Source: Thalia democratica
Lineage: Eukaryota
Length of the DNA stretch: 64,000 bases
Direction: 5' to 3'
NCBI GenBank assembly: GCA_965202585.1
Contig: OZ241830.1
Span: 74,214,001 to 74,278,000, forward strand
Shown: positions 47,054 to 57,977 of the stretch, piece after piece
Layout of the letters: the number at the start of each line of letters is the position of its first letter
How positions within the stretch are numbered: the stretch's first letter is position 1
Translations under genes and position numbers: made by a program
Notes under the pieces: generated by a model
Databases searched by the model: none
Seen by the model: the letters and a program-made list of their open reading frames with translations, nothing else
Told to the model about the DNA's origin: nothing

Positions 47054-50000
47054 ATGGAGTTTTCTGATTTTATAAAAGTAAGTTTTTTTAAAATTTTAGT
47101 TTTGAATAGTTTTTTGGAAATGAACTAAGCTTTGTTAATAATTTATGACTGTAAATTTATATTATAAAAATGTAAAACAATCATGAAAAATTGATTTGAT
47201 GTGGAGAAAAACCTGTTGGTCATCGAGTTACACACCAACTTCTTTGAGCTATTTTTACAAAATACTAATTATAAAGAAAATTTATGTAAATTTGAAATGT
47301 AGACACAACAATTTGGGTTAAAAAATAATATTAAGATATTTACTTTGAAAAATTTCCAAGAGCATGATTGACTTAATAGTTTTTAAGCATTAACTATACA
47401 GTTTTTTGTACATCAGGTCCTGAGACAAAACTTTTTGAGTTTTTGAGTATTGTTTTTAAGTTAAATTAAAATCAATTAAGTCTTAGTTTTTTTAGTCAGT
47501 TTAAACAAGGTTGCCACACACTCAGGCTAGTTTAAACTTTTTTAAACCCAGGCTGACTGACTCAGGTTTTTTTTGTAAAACTCAGGCTAGTCAAGATGTT
47601 TTTCCAAAATATCAGGTAAGGTTTTGTGAATAAAATATTTTTAAAAGTTTCTAAATAAGTCCTTTTCTTACTGCTCAGCTTGGTTAGTTGTATCTATTTT
47701 CATATTTATGCTATCTAGTTTTTCTTAAACTGGAACCAACCTAGGCTAGCTTAATGTAACACAAGCTAGTTTTTGATCACTCTGGCTGATTTTAAACCTC
47801 TAAGAGTGGCAACCCTAGGTTCTGATTTATTATAAGTTATCCCTAATAAAATACTTTTTAATTTTTTATACCACCTAAATCTTACTTACTTGACATTTAA
47901 AAAAATATTTTAACACTTTTAAATATAAGTTATTAAGTGAGATATGGCTTAAATATTTTTTTAACTCATTTAACTTACTAAACTGTGCTTGTTTGTTTTT
48001 TTATTAGTTTTTAATTACCTCTTTTAATAAGTATTTTAAACATCATAATATAATCTTATCAATTTGACCTGCAGATTTTAAATTATTGATTTCTTCTTAA
48101 ATTTAGTCTTTGAAATTTTTTTATCAAGAACTTTAAAACTAAATGATTAAGTTTATCAAGAAAAAAAACTAGTTTTTAATAAAAATTATGTACTCTTTTC
48201 CAAATTTTGTCATGTAACCACCGATAAACTGCAATTTAAAAATTTACCATTGTGTTTATCGTTAAAATTTATTATTTCTTCTCTAGGTACAAAAAAGAAT
48301 ATAAAACAGTTTTTGTAAACCTACTATAGACATCTATTACATTTTGTAAAAGTGCTAATAAAATTTGAATATGTTTATTTTCAGGAATATTTTTGACAAA
48401 AATTTAGAGACTTTGCTTTTTAATATAGACATTTTCTTTAATAAAAACTGACTAATGCTCTTTTTATTTAGTAGGATCTGGATTCAGATCTTTTTTATTT
48501 CAAGATTAAGTCAGATCTGATATCCTATTTTGTAGATCAATGATAATGAATGCTATATTTTTAAATTTAACTTTTTTCATTAGTTTTTATTAGTTTAAGT
48601 TAATAGTTTTTGAAAAAGTTTTAGTTCTCTTAAAGTAAACTATTTAATTGTTATTTATACTTTTAATACGTAAATGAAAATTTTATTATCAGATACCAAA
48701 AATAAAAGAAGCGTATATTGAAGGGAATGAAATACCTCCATGTATTGGTTCAGTTTGCCTTACAGGACATCATGTCATATTGTATTTGAACAACAAGAAC
48801 AAAAATGAACACTGGATTTTGCATAAAAATGTTGATCTAGTTGAAAAAAGGTTTAATATTCAAGTTATTTAAAGTAGTTTTTTCTGCAGTTATTGACAAT
48901 AAACTAAATTTGATTGATAATTTAAAAAAAGCTCTTACGCGTTAGATTAAAAAATACATTGCTTTTAAATGAAACTCATAGAACTATTGATGAGTTTAAA
49001 CAACTCATGTATGATAAAAAAAATACTCTAACTAGTTTGAAGTTTTTGAATTGATCTAGCTAGTTTGATGTGACACAGCCTGACTTTATTGCTTTAAATA
49101 GTGGTACCTCATTTGTAAACTATTATTATAAAGTTACAGTATTGTTTTAATATTAACAATGTTTGTAGGTTCAGTTGGTAATATATTTAATTTAAAAGGT
49201 TAAATTTCTACTGTTCTACAGAATAGACAAAGAAAGGTGCTTATTGACGCTGAAGTGCAAAGACTTCAAAATTTATACTATTTCAATAAGTGACCAGGAG
49301 GAAGGCTCAAGTGTGGCTTATTCTATTGAGGTTGGTTGATCAAATTTATATGTTTGTTGATTTAAAAAACTTTTACTTGTTAGTTACTCTTTATTTGTAT
49401 CAAATAGATAGTTTTTCGTAAACAGTATCTTTTTTGTTATGTTATTTAGTACAACTTACATATTTTATAGTTGATTTGTATTTTTAATACAACTAATAAA
49501 AAATATGTAAGTAGCACTAAATAACTTAATAAATAAAAAGTAAAGTCGTTAATGAATAACTGCTTGTTTTTAAAGAAATTTTCTTTCTTAAAGTGAAAAC
49601 AAACTTTTGAAAAGTGATTCTTGCTTTTGTTTTGTCATAATCTAAAACTTAAAAGTGTGCAATGCAGTTTAAGCATTTCAACTAGTTACTTCTTCTACAA
49701 GCCTAATTGGCTATGAAATCAATGCAAAAACATTTGAAATCTATTTTAAAATATTTTTAGTATAATGTATGGATTAGTAAACGAGTTATCTCAGGTTTTA
49801 TCAGCATAATACTTTGCTAACCTTTTTCTTACTGTAGATAAAAAGTTTAAATTGAAATTATACATCAAAATTAGAATTATAATACATCAATCTTACCAAA
49901 AAACCTTTAAGAAAACTGTATTAAATTTTTAAAACACAGAAAAATCAAAAATTTGAAATTCTTGTTTATTGTCAGACTATTTCACCAGTGTAAACTATTT

Positions 50001-53000
50001 ATGATAGAGTTTATTATTGTGGATAAAAAATACACAAAAGTAATGTTAAAGTACATACATTTGTTTTCAAAAATTTATGGTCTTATCTCTTACTTTTTGC
50101 CATTTTCGACATGTTTTAGTTTTTATACTATTTTGAATTAAATTGTTATGGTAAATGTCAACTTACAAATAAATCGTTTTCAGATGCTGTCATCAGTACA
50201 GAACATCAACCTTCAATACCCATTTTTTTACAAAACTTCTGAAAATTTACCTCACCCAAACCTGGGTAGTATTGAGGAAGACTTTCTAATATTGTCGAGT
50301 TTGGTGAGTTTGTATTTTGTTTATTTAAACTAAAAGTAAAGTTTGAAACTTTAAAGGGTTTATTAGTTTTATAAACTGATTATAAATTACCTTATTATAC
50401 TATGATTTTAACCTACAATTTCACAGAACCTTATATTAGCTTTTATAGAAAAAATTGTACTGACTTAGTATTAATTGAAAAAAAATTTAACATTGAAAAA
50501 CAATAAAAGTTAATTCATCAACTTACCACAGATGTTCTTGTGCTAAAACTTTATTTCAACTAACGGCGTTTCACTGCTCTCAAATAAATTTAAGAACAGA
50601 TCTTACTTAAGTTTCAATGTGTCCAAATAATATTTTCAACAGCATGACAAAATGTATAAACTAATGATGTAAAATGTACTTGTAAAATACAAAAGTTTCA
50701 AAGCAAGTATTACACTTGAATTTTTTTCAAACCAGTTTCAATTACAGTCAGACAAATGGAGGATATGCGATTTGAACAAGAACTTCCAGGTGTGCTGTTC
50801 CTACCCCCAAAAGTTCCTCGTTCCCACCTCTGTCACCGATCAGATGATCCTGAAAAGTTCAGAGTTCAGAAGCGGTGGCAGGTTCCCAGTGCTCAGTTAC
50901 TTCCACACCAATGGCAGGGTTGGTATTTGTGTAATTTAAAATAATTATAAAATTTAAACCCTGTGTAAATTTTAGAGCCTTCTAAAATGAATGAAAATAT
51001 TTTCCGAGGTTTTTAAAACCATATACTTGCACTCATTGGCATGGGGTTTAAATAAGGCTTTTAATTTATTACTAATGTTATTTTTAACAGTGAAAATTAT
51101 TTTTTATATAATATAACAGCTTCAGTGCTGGTTTAGTTAAGAAGATGAATGTTTTTGAAAAAATTTTAGATGTTAATATCTCTCCAGCTTTTTAAAAATT
51201 CGGCAAGATATTAGCATCCATTAGCAGAAGGCTTGAAAATTCTCACTTATAACTAAACATATTTTTTTCACTAAATATAAAAGTATCTTATAGATAATAT
51301 TAAGATACGTATAATATTTATAGGTTATTGTATTGAGCTCGTTATTTCTGAATGCATTAGATTGTTGCTGATTTTTTCAGACTACTTAAAATAGCTAAAG
51401 CTTTTCGTTAGTATTTAATGTTTTCTTTTTCAGTTTTCACTTATGTAAAATCTATACTTTTTTTTTCATTATGTGAATAAACATTATAGTCAACTCAACT
51501 ATATAATATAACTCAACTATATAACTATATAATATAACAACTATGTGGTAAAAAACTCCTATTGTTTATTAATAAATGATGTAAAAATGTAAACTGTTAG
51601 CTATATTTTATATAAGCAAGCGTTTAATTTATTTTTTAGGCAGTATGTATTGTATTGCTTTACACATTTCTTTATCTTAATACTATTAATTTAAGGTTCT
51701 TTGATAAGTAGGGAGTCTTTTAATAACTTTTATCGAAAGTAGACTACTTTGATTTGATAATATATTTATGAGGTCATCTTAATTGTATAGAAATATTTTT
51801 AAAATGTTATTATTAATTAAGGTTTTGATGAGAAGTAGCGAGCCGTTAGTAGGAGCATCAAACAGAAGGTGTAAGGAAGACGAACAAGTATTGAATACAG
51901 TTTTGCAAGCCAACCATAGAGGGTACATCATAGATACCAGGTTTGAATATTTGTTACAAGTTTGTAGTCTGTTGATGTTGCCTCATTGAAATTTTATAGC
52001 TACCTAAATGAGTTTGAATGTGTATTTCGTACTAGAACTTAAAAAATATAATTTCCCATCACAATTGTTATACGTTGCAAGGCACTGCAATCAATTATTT
52101 GTTCATTATTTGTTATATATTGTTCCTAATTAATACCACAATCAGTTAATACCATGAACTTTTTATTTAGTAATATTTAACCTAATATTTTTTTATCTTT
52201 TCTGATTTTCTTAGCACAATATTTATTATTGCTGCACTAAAAAATTCTTTTCTAAATATACTTGTATTTAAACTGATTTATTTTTAAACAGCACTTAATG
52301 CTCGCTCAATAGATATTATTTTTGATAGAATATATATTTAAACTTAATAAATCGCAACTAACAGCAACTTGTGTACAAAATTAATTATTAACCTTATTAC
52401 TATAATTATAACCATATAAATAAATCTCAACAAACAACAACTACTGCTTGTTTAAAACGAATTGTTAATCTGAACATAATGATTTTATATTTATTTTGTC
52501 AGATCTCAGCAAACAGTAGTTTGTTTAACCTGAATGTAATAATTTTATGTCAATAATCTCAGCAAACAACAACGAATTCTAAAATGAATTGTTATACTGA
52601 ATACAATTATTTCTGTTTGACAGATCACAACAAACAGCAACAAATGCGAAATCAAAAGGAGGAGGTACCGAACCTGATTTTCACTATCCTCAGTGGAAGA
52701 AAATATTCCACAATCTGCAAAAGTTAGTCTGCTATTACTATTTTTACAAAATCATTTCTTTCATAAATTTTTAGCTTTATTTTAGATAACTGTTTCATGT
52801 TTAAATTTTTTGATGAGATTTGTTTTAAAACATTAGTTTGTTATTGAACTTTTTTTTTTGTGTTATAATTCGTGGGTTAATTAGAAATTTCTACTTGAAT
52901 TTTTTGTGAGCTTCAATAACTGTTAACAATAATTTAAAACTTTATGGTGCTTATCAAAGAGATTATATATTATGAGAATTTTATTTTTTCTGATGAAGGT

Positions 53001-55879
53001 TATACCATCCTGTTAGCCAGCTAAACAAAACTTACTTTTAAAAATTATATCTAGATTTGCATAATTTTTTTACAGTATTTCATTATAAAACAATCTTAAA
53101 CTAAAATCATAGTAAATACAAAGCACTTAAATTCACGCTTACAATCCAAACACTCATCAAGTTTTATTCTGAGTAGATCATTTTTTATCATTTTTAAATT
53201 ATAATTTAACACCTTCGTTATTGGTCGTAAATCATAGACAAAACCTGTTCAAATTGATGCAAGTATTTTTTTTTTACATTTTTGAAGTTTGACAAAATAT
53301 TTGCACCCATTGGTAGAAGGCCTGAAAACTCTCACTAAAACTAAAACCAATCTTTACTCAACAGGGCAAGTACGTCGCACGACAGTTTGTGCAAAATCGT
53401 TGAAGCGTGCAAAGACAAGGAGTCTTCGGTTGAAAAATACCTCAGCCGTGTCGAAAGCAGTGGGTGGATGAATCACGTGAAAAACATTCTGAACTTGTCA
53501 TGCCTCGTCGCTCAGTGCATTGATAAGTTTGCATTATTTGTTGATTTGAGAGTTACCACACACTCAGACTGATCAGGATAACTCAGGCTTTTTTCTAAAG
53601 TTAAGGTATTTTTTATGATTTTAAATTTATTTACTTAATAACTACGCCTTTATTAGAGCCCTTTTATTAATAATTAACTATCTTTAGGTAATTTAACTTT
53701 ATAGATATTTTTTTATTGTTCATTTTATATATATAAACCCTGGCCAACTCATGCTAGTTTAAGGTCACTCTGGCTTTTTTGCCTCAAAGAATGGCAACTC
53801 TGATTTGTTGACTTACACTTATATCATTGTTTTTCAACCATATAACAGGGAAGGTGCGTCAGTTATGGTGCATTGTGGCGATGGGTTAGACGCGAGTTTG
53901 CAAGTCACTTCGATCACAAACATTTTATTGAATTCCGGTTTGTTTTTTTATTGTTTTAATATATTTCCTAAGAAGTTAAAAGAATTTATGCAGTTTTTAC
54001 AACTTGTTTTTGAATTAGTACTTTTGTAGTTGAACTCAACACTTGCTTTAGATTTTTAGTAATTTTTATTCAAGGCGAAATTGAATACTACTTGTATAAC
54101 TTCTTTGAACTCAAGAATTATCCTATAAGTTATGATAAAAAAAAACAATTAAGATAAAAGTACTATACTGATTTTATTAAAGCTATCAATAAAAATTTTT
54201 GCTTTATATATTTACCTCATACCTTTTAGTTAGTGTTTTTTAGCAAAAAATTACATTAGTAACATATTCAGTATCATTTTCAATATGTAAAGTTTTATAA
54301 GTATCGAATTTTTTAGTAAGATATCGTACATAAATTCAGAATGCAGAACAATGCGTGGATTTCTGAACTTGGTGGAAAAGGAATGGATATTGAGTGGGCA
54401 CCCGTTTAGAGAAAGATGCTCCTCTTCCGCTTACAAGTAATTATGTTTGCATGTATATTAGGGGTAGGGAGTCCTTGGGTTGTAGTTGAAAAAAAACCTT
54501 ATATTGTTTCAAATACTTTGTAAGCTATAACAAGCTTTGTATAGTACCTAAGTAAATCAAAAGATCAAGTAAATGTTTGTGAAATAAAGGTGAATTCCAC
54601 CAAAACAGGAATATAGATACTCAAATAAAAATATAATATGCATAATTGAATTATAAACCGTTATAAAAGGGGTAGGGAGAACTTGGTTGATGCTTGCTGG
54701 ACTTATGAGTCCATATGATTCGGATGTGTTTTTTGCTTCATTTAGAAGAATCTGAAAAAAAATCAAAACATTTAAAAAAAAAAAAAGTATGCCGCCCAAA
54801 AAAATAATTTAAACCTTAAAAATCACATACTTTTGGATTTTTTGACTTGAACAGTAATAAAATCACTTATACCATTCCTAGACTTATAATCTATGTCTTT
54901 AAATGAAAGCTTATACTTATTGACATACATTTAAAGACATATTAACTGCTTTTGATGTTTAATGACGTCATAACCACCCTAAATGTGTAAAATTTGTCTG
55001 TATAATGTAGGGGTAGGGAGTACAGCACGTTTTTTGGTCATATTGTAAAATTCAAATAAGTACATATAATTCAGATGTGTTTTTACTTAGTTAAAAAGAA
55101 TCTAAAAAGAATAAATTAATTTTGCAAAAAAAAAGTTGTTGCCCAAAAACTGCTTTCAACCCCAAAAATCACATATTTTTAGATTTTTGACTTAAACGGT
55201 AATAAAATTACTTATATATTTCCGAGACTTATAATTTATATCTTAAATGAAATCGCTTATAATTATAGGCATAAATTAAAGACATTTCAATAGCTTTTGT
55301 TGTAATATGACGTCATTATTACGCAAATTTTGTCTGTAAAATCGTATTTTTTTTTAATATATATTATTTTTCGTTTTACTTAAAGTTTTTTGATTTTGAA
55401 TATAAAATGTGTAAAGTCAGCTAGGCAGAAGGATATTACTGATGTAATGTCATTTTAATTGCATGTTGATATATATTTAATATATTTTAAATCACTTTCC
55501 GTCATAGAAATTATGATTATTGCATGAAAAAAATGTACAATATGATAGTATTCAAGAAGTAATTTTAAACAAAGTTGTTGCTTATGAAATAAACAACAAA
55601 AATCTACCACAAGATTGATTAAAAATCAACAAGTTTCAATATACATTGTAAAACAATGTAAATTAGATAAAGTTATTTCACCAAAATACTTTACATATAC
55701 TTTAGTCAAGAAACAGATATCTTTAAAACATAAAATCTAGATAATAAAAGTTGGCTCTTATAAATTGGACAATTTTTTTTGTAAGTTTCAAAGGTTTATT
55801 ACTATAACAATAATTATTTTTTTTTATTGTAAAAATATATGTATAATGTTTAAATTTACACAGATCTGGTGAAACCAAT
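47054..55879 (+). CDS. MTMR9: Myotubularin-related protein 9, first ~388 codons (11 exons); C-terminal exons not found in the window
   Basis: Exons 47054-47077, 48693-48850, 49222-49330, 50184-50303, 50748-50918, 51822-51940, 52624-52722, 53365-53526, 53849-53937, 54340-54436, 55864-55879, all GT-AG and phase-consistent. Motifs matching human MTMR9 as I recall it: MEFSDFIK, CLTGHH, KCKDF, YPFFY, GGRFPVLSY, RRCKEDE, RGYIIDTR, KGGG, LQVTS, GHPF. Confidence 0.92.
47506..47817. mobile_element. MITE with (c/t)agggttgccac-type TIRs in MTMR9 intron 1; related copy at ~53548-53802 in intron 8
   Basis: caaggttgccacacactcaggctag ... gtggcaacccta. The second copy reads gagagttaccacacactcag ... tggcaactctg. 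No clear TSD. Confidence 0.65.
54720..55320. repeat. Two diverged direct copies of a ~260-bp intronic repeat (54720-54980, 55072-55320)
   Basis: Shared gatgtgttttt..gaatct..gcccaaaaa..aaaaatcacata..gatttttgactt..gacttataat..taaagacat..atgacgtcat. ggggtagggag motifs occur nearby at ~54460, 54668 and 55010. Confidence 0.8.
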
Positions 55880-56032
55880 GTATGTTAAATCAGTTGAGAA
55901 CCTACAGTATATGATTAAAATAAACAGACTGTTATAAATCAGTACATTATAATATTGATACAGCTATCTAAAAAAAACATTTAAAAACTGTTCGTAAAAA
56001 CTTTCAAAATGCCGTTCAATTAAAACTATCAT

Positions 56033-56854
56033 TTAATATCTTCTACGGCTCCTGCTGTTACCCCTGCTTTCGTAAGGACCTGGCAAATAGCTTCTTCTCC
56101 TGTTGGAACTTACCTCAACGTTTCTCGCGTCCCCACCAGCGTAACTCCTACCAGAACCGTTCCTGTCATAGTCTCTGGAACCGCGGTAGTTGTTGCTCTC
56201 ATTGGAGTTGTACGGGGCGTACCTGCGGTCATTCCTGTGGCTCTTGCGGGCCCGGCTGCTGTCTCTTCTGCTGTTGTGGTAGTTTGCAGGGCTGTTTTGA
56301 TGCGGGTAGTAAGTTATGCTGCTCTGTTGGCGGTAGCTCTGATTATAACTGTTGTTGTACTCATGTCTGGATGCAGCGCACACTGGAGTATCACTTGGGT
56401 AAGAGCTTCTTGAATCTTGCATGGGATGCAAGCAGGCATTGGATGTTGGCGGCAGTGGTGGTCTATCATTGAGCTGGGAAGTTGGCGGCAGTGGTGGTTG
56501 GCTCTTGTCATTGTTGCTCTGACCGGTGTTAACCTGGCTTGTATTGTTACCTGCCTTATCATTAACGCCAGCATTGCTAGTATCCTCACTTTCTTTTGGC
56601 TTGTTTTTGTGCTTTATGATCAGCTGTTGCCCGTACAGGCTCACACCTGTTAAAACGGCAATGGCGTAGTCTAGAGACGCCTGATGCTTGAACTCAACAA
56701 AAGCAAATCCCTTGTGAGCAGTCTCTCCCCTTTCTTTCTTGGGCAGCACGACTTTCAACAGTGGGCCGACTTGCAGAAAAAGCTCAAACAAGATTTCCTC
56801 TGTTACTTTTGGGTGGACTCTGCCCACGTATAGTGTGTGTCTTTCATCAATCAT
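56033..56854 (-). CDS. RBM7: RNA-binding protein RBM7/RBM11-like (N-terminal RRM, Pro/Ser/Arg-rich tail), intronless, 273 aa
   Basis: RRM TLYVGRVHPKVTEEILFELFLQVGP..KGFAFVEFKH..YAIAVLTGVSLYG matches RBM7 TLFVGNLETKVTEELLFELFHQAGP..FAFVNFKH..YAMNLLNGIKLYG as recalled. Single uninterrupted ORF. Confidence 0.85.
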   Translation of the reverse strand: MIDERHTLYVGRVHPKVTEEILFELFLQVGPLLKVVLPKKERGETAHKGFAFVEFKHQASLDYAIAVLTGVSLYGQQLIIKHKNKPKESEDTSNAGVNDKAGNNTSQVNTGQSNNDKSQPPLPPTSQLNDRPPLPPTSNACLHPMQDSRSSYPSDTPVCAASRHEYNNSYNQSYRQQSSITYYPHQNSPANYHNSRRDSSRARKSHRNDRRYAPYNSNESNNYRGSRDYDRNGSGRSYAGGDARNVEVSSNRRRSYLPGPYESRGNSRSRRRY

Positions 56855-57977
56855 TTTTATGTTTTTTAATGCTTTAAACTTATGGATTATATGTGAGAAG
56901 TTTGTTAATATTAAAAATTTTGCTTTATGAACTAAAGCTGATGTTAGTTTTTATTTTTCCTGTTGTAATACAAAGTTATTCATTATTACTGTTAAAATTT
57001 TTTTGAAATAATTAATTAGGATATACATTAGTGTAGATCAGCTATTATCAACCTAAAGCTGATGCTAGTTCTGATTTCTGATCTTTTTTAATTATTTGTT
57101 TTGATACTTGATTTATTGTTTGAAACTAAGTTAAAATAAGATATACAAATACATAATAGAAACTATAATATAATTTATAAGCAAAGTAAGGAATTATAAA
57201 GTAAAATTGTTGAATAAACATAAGTTATAAGAGCTAAAAATATGTTTACTTTATATCTGTGATTTAGGAGAAAACTTATATCCCACATATAAGCTGTAAA
57301 CAAAAATACTTGCAACATTTCTAAACTAATTTGGAAATAAAAAAATGATTGTTTAGAAAGTACAGTTTTAAACTTTAATTTTCAATCAGGTGGGAAAGGG
57401 CTTAAAAAATATTATGAAAGTAGCAAATCAACATTTTAGTACTAAATATACTAACAAGATTGCCACTTTTAAAGACAGAAAAGACAGTCTTAGTGACTAA
57501 AAAGAATTAGCCTAAATTTATTGGATTTAGAAATTAGTGACCGTTAAGTCAAAAAATGAAAAAAAAAAACTGTTAATAAAGCTAAATTACCTATACATAT
57601 TATAACTATAACAACGAAAATTAAGATAAAAAAACTAGCATGAGCTTCAAAAATAAAACTTAACTAGTTTGCTTTTTTGGCCTGCATTTTTCAAAAAATT
57701 TAAAACCATTACAGGTTATCCTAAGGAGCCTGAGTGTATGGGATTAACACAACTACCTACTAATAAACTGTCATTAGAATTCACCAAACAACTAGTATAC
57801 AAACTACAGCCATACTTGATCTAATTCAGCTTTATTGTATAAGCTGTTGCTCCTAGCTCGTTTAGCTACAACTGAATTTGAAAATCCCAGATAAACTAAA
57901 TAAATTGAAAGATAACAATTTTTATGTGACCATTTTGGCTTTTGCATATTTTAGAAGGAGGAAATATTATAAATAGC

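Noticed and set aside
49169-49177. Possible 9-nt microexon (tgtag|GTTCAGTTG|gtaata) in MTMR9 intron 2
   Set aside because: Inclusion creates AGG TTC AGT TGA, an immediate stop; without transcript data it cannot be supported.
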